64,000 nt of DNA, from IMG/VR virus record IMGVR_UViG_3300044568_002423; one strand, 5' to 3'. The position numbers and the translations under genes are program-made. Source of the DNA: a virus. Each line of letters opens with the position of its first letter. Position 1 is the stretch's first letter. Below the pieces are notes generated by a model. It did no database searches, had not been told where the DNA came from, and saw nothing but the letters and a program-made list of their open reading frames with translations. This document shows positions 23,101 to 31,863 of the stretch, piece by piece.

Positions 23101-24152
23101 ACATATGGGCTTTTATTAGTTATAAGAAAATTGTTAGCAAATCTGAAAGCATAACCGGTGTTGTTCGTACCATTATATCTATAACCAGCTACCGTTAAGT
23201 CCTCTATAGTGGTCTCACCATTTAATAAGAAGGCATCCTTGTCTATAGTGCCAACGGTAGGTTGTATCGTTACAGCACGTAATCCAGCACCTCTAACTGT
23301 AACTCCAGCAGGGATAGTTAACGGAAATATTTCAGAATAAGTACCGGGGTATATATAAATTACTTCTCCGGCTACTGCCACGCTCAACGCGTGCTTTATG
23401 GTTAAGTAAGGATCATTTTCATGAACTCCAGCATTAGTATCGTTACCATTTGTCGAAACGTATCTGATATTTCCCTGTGGTAATACAAGAGTTATGCCAT
23501 TAACGGTAATTGCGGTTGATGTAATATTAGTAGTTTGTACATCATCGATATATGCGGTTTTCCATGCATGACCACCAATAGTCGGGTCGCTACCTAAATC
23601 ATATGTGTTTGTTATATCAGGACGAATGTTACTAGCAACATCAGCATTGAATACAACGTTGTCAGTATTGGAATCACCAATAGTGATACTTCCATCTGCG
23701 GTAATAGTACCGGTAGCATGTAAGTCCCCGTTGACCAACATATTAGCATTGACTATAACTTTACCAATGCCCGTTGTAGTAATATCTAAATCGGTATTTG
23801 TTCCAGTAGTCTGTATTATGTTAGTGGATATTTGTAGTTGATCAACTACTATCTTTCCTTGATATACTACCGGATTCGCTCCACTGGGAGCTAAATTGAT
23901 AACGGAGTTGCTACTACTAATGGTATTACCCAAAATAGTAAATGACGCAAGATCAGCCTGCGTATCAACTATCAGATTTGTAGTTCGAGTTGTCCCATTG
24001 ATGGTTAAGTCATGTGAGGGGGTTGTTGTCTTTATGCCAACACGGCCATTTATAACATCTAAGAATAATAAGTCTGTCTCAAAAGCAAGATTGACGCCAT
24101 CGCGCAATAAATTTGCCTTTAAGAGAGGACCAGAAATACGACCAATAGCCAT
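20109..24152 (-). CDS. Virion fibre-like protein with LamG/ConA-like lectin domain (1347 aa)
   Basis: LamG-type motifs (KFGTASAYLDG, FTIEMWVY, WTHIALSK, GYIDSVRISKG, TVLLLNFNG). Beta-helix entry motif YVSTNGND...PYLTIKHAL...IYIYPGTYSE. C-terminal GT..ERP....GM.R[YF]N modules. AAGGAG RBS. Confidence 0.8.
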   Translation of the reverse strand: MAIGRISGPLLKANLLRDGVNLAFETDLLFLDVINGRVGIKTTTPSHDLTINGTTRTTNLIVDTQADLASFTILGNTISSSNSVINLAPSGANPVVYQGKIVVDQLQISTNIIQTTGTNTDLDITTTGIGKVIVNANMLVNGDLHATGTITADGSITIGDSNTDNVVFNADVASNIRPDITNTYDLGSDPTIGGHAWKTAYIDDVQTTNITSTAITVNGITLVLPQGNIRYVSTNGNDTNAGVHENDPYLTIKHALSVAVAGEVIYIYPGTYSEIFPLTIPAGVTVRGAGLRAVTIQPTVGTIDKDAFLLNGETTIEDLTVAGYRYNGTNNTGYAFRFANNFLITNKSPYVRNVTVITKGSTTNAGDPYGFDSNDAGKGVFLDGSVANAASKEVCCLFHAVTFFTPNQETLVVTNGIRSEWLNSFTYFADKGIYAYSSANGFAGAGLTRLRIPTRTGTWAVGNTLTSYDTDGTTVLGTGTIASISGDYVNLTGRQLGFTTITDRVPKAIYANGNAHLSTAIKKFGTASAYLDGVNSFVNVAANPDFNFGSGSFTIEMWVYRTIDPAVIQILMDMRTTTPSFAVVLSINSSQHAELTVNGVAVITTGVAIPTNTWTHIALSKAGTSSRIFVNGTQSGITYTDTNTYIMSPVRIGARFDGTLLFTGYIDSVRISKGIGRYASTFVEPVVELTGDADTVLLLNFNGYDNSTTMLDSGITLQDLRTSAGGRSTIINFADYSDFGAEIRIIGSANVYGNYGVYADGIGVTIHLISHNFSFVTSGKDSSDTIPDPFVDKHDFEIVELNGAKVYYVSVNESGDFRVGNNFYVDQSTGDVQFNNQTLNITSAAGVTFTDGINTTTVTAEDIVTGNIRISGNTIESLTGDINVTAASGSINLQNNTYITGDLDVTGDVHIGGNITIGDQTSDTVTFIAAINSNLTPSTTSFYDLGTSSLRWKTAFLGRAEIDALVIDNNTISTTNGNDDLILIANGTGRIYIPSNDVKINQNLTVDQNLTVTTGTTYLKNVGITGTITQTGDIGQTGNFTSSGDTLITGNITGTGYVQLPKIRLENNIISTTATDTDLELRANGSGNVVFEGIKVSDNNIQSIVTNSNIILTPQGTGSVVIDSNQSLVIPVGTTLERPATPTNGMIRYNTTTARYEARSGSYWIKLGGVEDVSGNTRILAEATPGANDNILYFYANNNLTTTIDSSKLYSQRIKTDNLDINNNTISAIDADSNINFTTTGTGSVKIGNLSIKNNTITNVSSGAVTEFLESSTGYVRIAGTNGVVIPVGTNLERPGYAVPGMTRFNTDLQIIEVFNGTIWAGVSGTAGGITTAEAYDIGFAIALILG

Positions 24153-24164
24153 TTGCTCTCCTTA

Positions 24165-24245
24165 ACCACCGAGTTTCACGGCTAACCACCTTTCATTGCG
24201 GGTTTCCACAGTTTCGTCTCGTAGAATTTTTGGTCAAACTCTACA
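24165..24245 (-). ncRNA. Candidate structured 5' leader of the 1347-aa fibre gene
   Basis: Hairpins GUAGAGUUU/AAAUUCUAC, UGUGG-AAAC-CCGCA and GCCG-UGAAACU-CGGU; GGUGGUUA occurs twice, the second abutting the RBS. Confidence 0.45.
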
Positions 24246-24252
24246 GTAATAG

Positions 24253-24259
24253 TATTTAT
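24253..24259 (-). promoter_or_regulatory. Late promoter core ATAAATA
   Basis: The same core recurs before structural genes on the minus strand at 3-9, 11077-11083, 19400-19406, 30968-30974, 31772-31778 and 36000-36006. Confidence 0.6.
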
Positions 24260-24272
24260 CGGTTAGTGGTAA

Positions 24273-27200
24273 TTATCCAGCTATGAGAGCCCAAATACTA
24301 AAAATATCTGAAATGTCTTCCTCTGAAGCGAAGCCAGCACCAATGGCAGACTGCCATACGGTACCATTGAAGATTTCCATATACCCCAGATCGCTATTAT
24401 GCCTTGTTTCTCCTATTTCTGGAAGGAGTCGTCTATCATCTGTTATCCCTAATGGCAATACAACCGCATTAGTTCCAGTAAACTTGACATACCCGGTATC
24501 AATAGAGTCAAAAGTTATGGCACCAGCAGCATTATTGGTAATACTGTTTCCGTTAAGGTGGACATCATTTATATTGATTACACCGACACCAGTTGGTATA
24601 AATTCTAAATTGTTAGATGTTATGTTATTAGATATGGTATTGCCGATAATCTTAACATCGTCGACCAAAATAGAATTAGTGGTAAGCGCGGCGGAGGTAA
24701 TGGTTGCTTTAACAGTGCCGGCAATACTAAATCGTAACGTGTTATCATTAGCACCAGGAGTTAATTCAGCAGTAACGTAAGTGTTTCTATCACTATCCCA
24801 TAGGTTTGCAAAATTGATATATCCAGATGGTTGCCACGCCTCAACCATGTTGGACACATCATTATATCTGATCTCACCAATTGCTGACAGCAACCTATTG
24901 GTATTATTTCCAATTGGTATTTTAAGTGATTTAGTTGATGATATAAGAAGATCACCAGTTCCATCCGGAGAAAATACTAAACTCTTCTGGGCATCAGTGG
25001 TGGCACCAACCCAAGAATTTCTAATATCATTGTCGGTAATTTTAATGCGCTGGTCTAAAATGACACCACCGGTACCATTAGCGGCAATGTTCAAGTCAGC
25101 ATCTGTGTCTGTTATAGAGATTACATTAGTTTGAATATTAATATCAGGAACATCTAGATAGGAAAGCGCACCAGTAACGGAAATATTATGATTTGCAAAT
25201 AACCCAGTTACATGAGTGTCACCTGTTTGGTTAATATCACCCACTAGGGTAACTGTTCCTTGGATTTCTGTATTTAATAGCGTTGATAATCCATTGATGG
25301 TAGTAGTTTCATCAATGGTCAAATCATTTTCTATGTTGACATCTGTAGAAGTTACTTGAATTTTACCAAGATTGGATCCTTGTAATCTCAGGTCAGTATC
25401 AGTAGTGAGTGTAGATATCGTATTATTGGTTATTTGTGTTACGTTATCGACAGTTAAGGTTGTTAGAAATGCATTACGCCATGTTACAAGGCTGGTATCG
25501 CCAAGTGTATAATCATTATTCGTCTGTGGTTTTATCGTTTGTGTTAAGAACGGAGCAACAGTAACGACATCATATGGTTCATTACCAAGAAAGACATTAC
25601 CGTGAACAGACGCATCCCCCGTCATACTCACCAATCCAGTAACGACTACATCAGTATTCAATGTAGTGGATGAAGACGCTGCTAGAAAATTAACTGGACC
25701 AACAAGAGAATCTATATCATTGTTATGAATTCTTATATTACCAGTTTGAATAGCGTGATGCGTTATACTAGTAATTCCATTAGGCCCTTCTAATACAATG
25801 CTTCCATCCGCAGTGAAACCAATACTCTGGGCATTAAAGGAAACATCGCCAGTGGATTGGTCGACATAGAATATATCACCAATACGATAATCGCCACGGT
25901 GATCAATACTTTCATAATATATGATACCACCATTAATGGCTACTACCTCGTTCTCCTGAATTACCAACACTTCGTCATTGGTGGATACTAGTCCAGAACC
26001 AACGAATCCAAAGTCATGTCCAGTCAAGTAGCATATAGTGTCACTACCATCTGCGACAACACCATATGTTCCATATACATTGGCGCAATTTATACTACGA
26101 ATTTCAGCACCAAATTTAACACCCTGATTGGCAAATCCAACACTACCAGTTAATAAATATATCCCACGGTTGGCATAGTAGGTGAACACATTTATTAATT
26201 CAATGCGTACCCCATTGGTAGCAGTTATACCATCTTGATTAGGCGTTATAAATGTCGTAGCCTCAAACAACATACTAGCTACATTGCTGCTTGGGCTAGC
26301 TACCGAACCATCAACTAGCGCCCCTTTTCCCGCAGGTAACGTGGCACTTGCCGTGATTACTGATACGTTTTGTATGTAGGGACTTCTTGTTGTAGTGGTA
26401 AAATTAGGGGCAAATCTAACACCGTACCCAGTGTCATTAATCTCATCATAATAAAAATCTTGTATTGACAATCCCGATAGGGTCGTGCCAGCATTTAATA
26501 AAAACGCATCTTTATTATCAGTTCCACTCGTAGGTTTAACCACTACTGATCTAAGACTTGTACCTCGAATACTAACATCAGTCGGTACAGTTAATGGAAA
26601 TATTTCACTATATACACCTGGGAAGATAACAATTTCATCACCAGCTACAGCAACCGACAATGCTTTCTTAATTGTTCTAAAGGTAGAATGTAGATGGGTT
26701 CCATAGTTGGTATCACTACCATTAACGGAAACATATATGGTATGACCCTGTGTTAATAGTAAATCAATACTATTTGAAGTAATTGTACTAGCGGTAATTG
26801 CCCCGGCTACGGTATTAACAGTGTAGAGTTTATTCCATATATTCGAAGCAGACCCGATGTCATAAAAGCTATCGGTATTTGGTATTAGGTCACTATTGAT
26901 ATCAGCTGCAAATATTACATTATCGGTATTGTCATCCCCTAGTGTTATATCACCATCCCACGTTATATCTCCAGTAGCATGAAGATCACCGTTGATCAAT
27001 ACCGTATCGGTAGTAAAATGAACAATACCAGTTCCACTAGGTGATAGATTAATATCACTGTCGAGTGTGATGTTTTCGATTAATTGTCCGGCGCGTATGC
27101 GTAAGTTTGCCGTACCTAGACCAAGTGCGTTAATTTCCGGGTCGGTAGTTTGATCTGGCTGTATATAAATTATACCAGTTACATTTTGAATTGTATTGGT

Positions 27201-27428
27201 ATAAAATGATAAGTTGGGAGTATCAGCTTGTGTATCTACTACTAAATTAGTAGTACGAACAGTATTGTTAATTAATAATTCGCGAGATGGCGTAGAAGTT
27301 TTTATACCAATACGACCAGTTACAACATCTAGATATAATAGGTCTGTTTCAAACGCTAAGTTTTCACCGTTTCTAAGTAAATTGCTCGATAATAGAGCGC
27401 CACTTACTCTACCTAATTCTATCCCCAT
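24273..27428 (-). CDS. Virion fibre-like protein (1051 aa), paralog of 20109..24152 lacking the LamG insert
   Basis: Colinear with the neighbour (GR.SG.LL..NLLR.G.NLAFETDLL.LDV, DAFLLN..TT, FGAEIR...ANVYG.YG). Confidence 0.8.
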   Translation of the reverse strand: MGIELGRVSGALLSSNLLRNGENLAFETDLLYLDVVTGRIGIKTSTPSRELLINNTVRTTNLVVDTQADTPNLSFYTNTIQNVTGIIYIQPDQTTDPEINALGLGTANLRIRAGQLIENITLDSDINLSPSGTGIVHFTTDTVLINGDLHATGDITWDGDITLGDDNTDNVIFAADINSDLIPNTDSFYDIGSASNIWNKLYTVNTVAGAITASTITSNSIDLLLTQGHTIYVSVNGSDTNYGTHLHSTFRTIKKALSVAVAGDEIVIFPGVYSEIFPLTVPTDVSIRGTSLRSVVVKPTSGTDNKDAFLLNAGTTLSGLSIQDFYYDEINDTGYGVRFAPNFTTTTRSPYIQNVSVITASATLPAGKGALVDGSVASPSSNVASMLFEATTFITPNQDGITATNGVRIELINVFTYYANRGIYLLTGSVGFANQGVKFGAEIRSINCANVYGTYGVVADGSDTICYLTGHDFGFVGSGLVSTNDEVLVIQENEVVAINGGIIYYESIDHRGDYRIGDIFYVDQSTGDVSFNAQSIGFTADGSIVLEGPNGITSITHHAIQTGNIRIHNNDIDSLVGPVNFLAASSSTTLNTDVVVTGLVSMTGDASVHGNVFLGNEPYDVVTVAPFLTQTIKPQTNNDYTLGDTSLVTWRNAFLTTLTVDNVTQITNNTISTLTTDTDLRLQGSNLGKIQVTSTDVNIENDLTIDETTTINGLSTLLNTEIQGTVTLVGDINQTGDTHVTGLFANHNISVTGALSYLDVPDINIQTNVISITDTDADLNIAANGTGGVILDQRIKITDNDIRNSWVGATTDAQKSLVFSPDGTGDLLISSTKSLKIPIGNNTNRLLSAIGEIRYNDVSNMVEAWQPSGYINFANLWDSDRNTYVTAELTPGANDNTLRFSIAGTVKATITSAALTTNSILVDDVKIIGNTISNNITSNNLEFIPTGVGVININDVHLNGNSITNNAAGAITFDSIDTGYVKFTGTNAVVLPLGITDDRRLLPEIGETRHNSDLGYMEIFNGTVWQSAIGAGFASEEDISDIFSIWALIAG

Positions 27429-27442
27429 TAAAATTCCTTATA

Positions 27443-28453
27443 TTATTTGTCAAATCCATGTAATACTGTAACTGGTTTTCCCAATGGTACAGGAGAACTA
27501 AATTTTAGAAAATATCCATAACCCACATTAGTAGTATCAGTGATAGTCAATGAAGTATTCACAGAAATATTACTGGTAATAGTAGGTTGAGAAATAGTAA
27601 CACTAATTAAAGCATCGGTAATTGGGTCTGTTGAATAGGTCAATATAGTAGTACCGGCTTGGATATTAGCACTACCCGTAATAGTAGCACCAGTAATATC
27701 AACAGCAGGATATACCGAATTGGTAGATTTCATATTACCAGCTACGGTCATGGTTGACGAAGTAGAATTAAGATAACTAACAGAACTTGTAGTAGAGGCG
27801 GTAACTGTATAGGTTCCATTGTACCCAGTTGGAGTAAATCCAGTAACTACAATTGATGATCCAACAGCAAAAGGCGTTTGCGCCATTGTATCAAATGTTA
27901 AGGTAACAGTGGTACCATTACCACTTGCCCCAGTTGAGTTAAGGCTTGTATTAAAATAGATAGTTGTGCCACCAGTTGGTGTTTGAAAACTGTTAGTACC
28001 GATATATGTTTCACCGGGAATAGTTGGATTTTGAACAACCGTATAGTTGGTAGTAGATAATTGAATGACATTCTCTACAATGACTAATACATTTTGAGCA
28101 CCCCAAGAAGTATTACTCTGCACAGTAGTAGGCGGAGCGGGACTCAATGGTCCAAAATATACGTTGACACTGTCACCAGCACCTAAATTTTGTTGTGTTA
28201 TCTGTGTAGATTCTTTAAATCGTAAACTGCGCCATGTACCAGATTGATAAATTTCCATCTCGCCGCCAGTAACGATATCAGTATTGTATCTCAGCATACC
28301 ATTGATGGGAGAAACTGGTCGTTGTGCGGTTGTGCCAGTCGGTAAGGTTATGTTATTTGTTGTTTTCATAACAATACTATCTGTCATATCCACATATAAG
28401 CGCACATCATTTGGCGCTCTACGGTTTATATTTTGTTGCCTTAAAAATCGCAT
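27443..28453 (-). CDS. Virion structural protein (336 aa)
   Basis: N-terminal LPTGTTAQRP...NGMLRYNT module like the C-termini of the two downstream fibre genes; Thr-rich beta modules. Confidence 0.7.
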   Translation of the reverse strand: MRFLRQQNINRRAPNDVRLYVDMTDSIVMKTTNNITLPTGTTAQRPVSPINGMLRYNTDIVTGGEMEIYQSGTWRSLRFKESTQITQQNLGAGDSVNVYFGPLSPAPPTTVQSNTSWGAQNVLVIVENVIQLSTTNYTVVQNPTIPGETYIGTNSFQTPTGGTTIYFNTSLNSTGASGNGTTVTLTFDTMAQTPFAVGSSIVVTGFTPTGYNGTYTVTASTTSSVSYLNSTSSTMTVAGNMKSTNSVYPAVDITGATITGSANIQAGTTILTYSTDPITDALISVTISQPTITSNISVNTSLTITDTTNVGYGYFLKFSSPVPLGKPVTVLHGFDK

Positions 28454-28455
28454 AC

Positions 28456-28788
28456 TTATACCGCCAATGAGCTTACCGTAGCGGTAATGTTACTCAACGA
28501 ATCTGTTTTTGCAACCAGTATATCACCGTTAGCCAATACTAACTTTTCTTGATCTAATGAAACTGTTTCCCCTGCCGGAACAGGCAATCCATTAATTATC
28601 ATAGTACTACTACCAACTGAACCACCTGAAGGAACCGCATATACATACAACAGTGACAGGTTTAATACCGGTGTCGCTGGAACGTATGTACTTGTATTAC
28701 AAAAAATAACGGTTGTTATCGCATTATTTCCACTACTTGTATAAATTGTTGTATTACCAGACGTGATTGATGTATTTGAAATTGCCAT
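28456..28788 (-). CDS. Small beta-rich virion protein (110 aa)
   Basis: AAGGA RBS; paralogous to 19772..20104. Confidence 0.7.
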   Translation of the reverse strand: MAISNTSITSGNTTIYTSSGNNAITTVIFCNTSTYVPATPVLNLSLLYVYAVPSGGSVGSSTMIINGLPVPAGETVSLDQEKLVLANGDILVAKTDSLSNITATVSSLAV

Positions 28789-28798
28789 ATGTTATCCT

Positions 28799-29776
28799 TT
28801 AGAAAAGCATACTAAATAGTAATGCTCTATTTTTAGCTACTAATTCATCTGCGTAATTTATATTAGTAAAAAATACGCCAGATTTCCCAGGACCTAATGT
28901 GGCCGTTGAGTATAATTTATTTTGCCCAGCTGTATAGCTAGGGGTAGAGACTTGATCAGTAAGTCCCAGTACGGAATTAACCGTTACTAAATTCGAAGCC
29001 GCCGTTATTATCATTGTCCCCAATGTATTGGAAACAGTATCGTTAACTATATTGATATTATTAATAGTCATACCAGTGTTGGTAATTTGTGCTGCTAAGT
29101 TTGAGTTAATTGTAAAATCAATACTGTAAGCATATGCTTGTACTCGTGACTTCTCTATACTACTCACTGTTTTGTATATTTTATCAACATCGGCCATACC
29201 CGGCGTGACTACACCAGATTGAATGTATAATGACACGAACTTTTTGTTTGGTATCGCATTATCACGTTCGGCGCCTGTTTCTAATAACAAATTTGCGTAT
29301 GCTACTGGATCTACATTAGCTAGTTTTAATACTTTGTTTGTTTCTTTTAAATCAACATTAAGATCAGTCAACCCATCGATGGTAATAGTTTGTAATTGTA
29401 AACCACTTAAAATACCATTCATTGTTCGCATAACAAATGTACCATCTATATCTACCGCAGCTATTTGATCGTAATGAGTTACATTATCATCAAATACAAA
29501 TTGTGCGTCATCCCAGTTTCCTCGTCCTATTTGGATACCTGATTTATATCCTAACGCACTGCTAATACCATTGCCAGTTTGACCATAGTTTAATTGGATG
29601 ATATTATCTTTAACTGTAGTAACAGTTGATTCAACTGTCGTGGTAGTACCTTGCACATCAAGATTTCCAGTGATAACGACGGTACCAGCATTAGAGCCGG
29701 TATCTAGCGTAATACTTCCACCGGACTGTACTTGTACTCGGTAATCACCTTGACTAACTTTTAATATTCTTGACAT
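28799..29776 (-). CDS. Virion structural protein (325 aa)
   Basis: Fibre-shaft-like motif VITGNLDVQGTTTTVEST..TVKDNIIQLN; GAGGA RBS. Confidence 0.7.
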   Translation of the reverse strand: MSRILKVSQGDYRVQVQSGGSITLDTGSNAGTVVITGNLDVQGTTTTVESTVTTVKDNIIQLNYGQTGNGISSALGYKSGIQIGRGNWDDAQFVFDDNVTHYDQIAAVDIDGTFVMRTMNGILSGLQLQTITIDGLTDLNVDLKETNKVLKLANVDPVAYANLLLETGAERDNAIPNKKFVSLYIQSGVVTPGMADVDKIYKTVSSIEKSRVQAYAYSIDFTINSNLAAQITNTGMTINNINIVNDTVSNTLGTMIITAASNLVTVNSVLGLTDQVSTPSYTAGQNKLYSTATLGPGKSGVFFTNINYADELVAKNRALLFSMLF

Positions 29777-29791
29777 TTATAATCCTCAATA

Positions 29792-29809
29792 GGAGGGCCG
29801 AAGCCCTCC
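29792..29809 (-). terminator. C(UUCG)G hairpin (GGAGGGC-TTCG-GCCCTCC); weak terminator or RNA stabiliser
   Basis: Perfect 7-bp stem with UUCG loop just after the 29823 stop; no strong U tract. Confidence 0.55.
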
Positions 29810-29822
29810 ATTTGTTTTACAA

Positions 29823-30887
29823 CTAAGCGTTATCTATCTTAACGTTCACACCAGCTTCCAAATATGGAAGAGTTGAGTAAACTTTTGTACCAGATGTATC
29901 ATTCATTGTCCATTCTACTGCTTCCCCATTTGGATGAGTAGTTGGATTAGCAAATTGACCATTACCGGCAATTTTACGAACTAATAATGCTTTATGAGCT
30001 GTCAATTTTAGAACCCAATATTCGTTAGCATCAGTATCAAACGCAGTAATATCCATTTCGTTGAATTGATCGTTACCATCTGCATCAGCTTGCGATTCTC
30101 TTGCAACTAATATAGCTGAACGAACTGTCCATGGTTCATCAGTCACTAATGTTGCTGTTCTAACAGCATAACGACGACTTGCTTCTTGTTTAACAATGTC
30201 AACAAGCTCACGTGCGGCGCCAGTCCACGCATACGCAACAATAGCATTTTCTTGATTAGTTGAAGTACCAACATAACCAGTATCAGCAGTTAGCACAACA
30301 GTTGGTGTACCAGTTTGAGTTTGACCACCAGCGGTTTGACTAGACGCACGAGCCCAGCTCAGGGTAGGTGCTGCCACATAACCAGAACCTTTTTCTAATG
30401 TAGTGATACTTTTTAAACGGAATGTGACAGTTGCCTGTGCGGCACCGGTCATTCCTGTTTGATTAGTTGCCCAAGTAGTAATACCCGTGCCATTTATAGT
30501 CGTAAACTCACCACGGTTTGTAAATGCGTCAAATGATGGAACACCTAATGCTTCTGTTACAGTAAATGCTGGTTGAACATTAGCATCATCCCAGATTGAA
30601 CCACTCATGCTAGTAATAGCACCTGCAACAAATCCTGTTCCTCCTGCCAATGAAATTGTATTAATTTCCCAAACCACTGTTGATGTCGCAGGAACACCAT
30701 CCGGCAATGTTGGTGCTGGAATTGTTAGTGTTGGAAAGAATTTGTAAGTATTGGTAATATTAACAACACCTTTTTCAGCAGCTAATGTATATGCGGCTAA
30801 ACCTTCACCGCCAATTTTATCATCTGCAGTTACTGTGGTACCGATATTACGGTTACCAAAATATTTTTTATTTAATGGACGTCCCAT
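29823..30887 (-). CDS. Putative virion structural protein (354 aa)
   Basis: AAGGAG RBS, late promoter motif upstream, first gene of the fibre cluster. Confidence 0.7.
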   Translation of the reverse strand: MGRPLNKKYFGNRNIGTTVTADDKIGGEGLAAYTLAAEKGVVNITNTYKFFPTLTIPAPTLPDGVPATSTVVWEINTISLAGGTGFVAGAITSMSGSIWDDANVQPAFTVTEALGVPSFDAFTNRGEFTTINGTGITTWATNQTGMTGAAQATVTFRLKSITTLEKGSGYVAAPTLSWARASSQTAGGQTQTGTPTVVLTADTGYVGTSTNQENAIVAYAWTGAARELVDIVKQEASRRYAVRTATLVTDEPWTVRSAILVARESQADADGNDQFNEMDITAFDTDANEYWVLKLTAHKALLVRKIAGNGQFANPTTHPNGEAVEWTMNDTSGTKVYSTLPYLEAGVNVKIDNA

Positions 30888-30911
30888 TTGTTTCTCCTTA
30901 AAGATTTTCTA

Positions 30912-30964
30912 AATCATACGCGGAGGGTTCCGCATAAGTCCGATTGAACGGCGCTTCTATGATT
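30912..30964 (-). ncRNA. Candidate structured 5' leader (three-way junction)
   Basis: Closing stem AAUCAUA/UAUGAUU with two inner hairpins, CCG-UUCAAU-CGG and UAUGCGGA-ACCC-UCCGCGUA; lies between the late promoter and the RBS. Confidence 0.5.
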
Positions 30965-30967
30965 ATG

Positions 30968-30974
30968 TATTTAT
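30968..30974 (-). promoter_or_regulatory. Late promoter core ATAAATA
   Basis: Immediately upstream of the structured leader of the 354-aa gene. Confidence 0.6.
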
Positions 30975-31022
30975 CAAACTAGAGAAACTAGTTATAGGTA
31001 AAATAATTATTGTATAGGTCCT

Positions 31023-31766
31023 TTATTTTAATTTACAATTGTCACCGTGCCATCTTGGATAGGTATTCACTGATATTTCTTTTTGACAATGTGGGCATAA
31101 TTTTTTAGGACGAACTAATCCACGTTGAGCGGCTGCTCTTTTTTCTATGACTTCTGCACTATACTTTCTTCCACGAGCAGCATCGCCTATTTTTTGTCTA
31201 GTTTCTTCACTATGTGTCTTCCCAAACATATTGTTGTTACTACCAAGTTTAGCTGCTGATAAGTTTTCTTTCCATTCTTGACTAAATGGGTCTCGTTTTT
31301 TCCCAGTAATGGCTAACACCTGTTTTGCTTTTTCATGTAATGGTTGTATTCTTCCAGTATTTGCTTTTCGAATTTTGTCAATTGCTTCATTAGAATGGGA
31401 TTTTCCATACATTGGATTTTTTTCACCAGACTTTTGCTTGCTTTGTATTATCGCGTATTCCTCCTTTAAATTAGCATAAACACGTGATGTTATCGCTGTT
31501 GTATATCTAGTTTGTTTTGCGTTTTCAGCACGCATTATTCTTAACGCATTAAGCATTTTCCAATGGTCATCACCAGTCGTGTATATTTTTACTAATAACC
31601 AATGGCATATAAAATGTTCCCTAGCAGTAAGCTTTACTTTATTTTCAATATCGTCAGTACCACCCAAACTTTTAGGCAGAACATGATGACTTTCGGTGTA
31701 AATATTAATCGTGCGAGATCTAGCATTCTCGACTATATTGTGATACCATTTTTTATATTTATTCAT
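31023..31766 (-). mobile_element. Free-standing HNH homing endonuclease with NUMOD3-like repeats and C-terminal Zn-finger-like motif
   Basis: HHVLPKSLGGTDDIENKVKLTAREHFICHWLL (HNH); NPMYGKSHS.E and NNMFGKTHSEETRQKI repeats; CPHC...WHGDNC. Confidence 0.85.
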
Positions 31767-31810
31767 ATATCTATTTATGTTTGTTAGTTCAATATAAAAT
31801 ATTATACCAC

Positions 31811-31836
31811 AAAAAAACCACCCGAAGGTGGTTTTT
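31811..31836 (-). terminator. Intrinsic terminator after the major capsid gene
   Basis: ACCACC-TTCG-GGTGGT followed by a T run on the minus strand. Confidence 0.9.
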
Positions 31837-31863
31837 ATGTTATTATACTTAATTAATTACAAA

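Noticed and set aside
24165-24220. Loose resemblance to a c-di-GMP-II riboswitch (GAAACUGUG...GUUAG..GUG.AAC)
   Set aside because: It lacks the GGGCAC loop and GUGC pseudoknot pairing and the expected P2 length; kept only as an unassigned leader.
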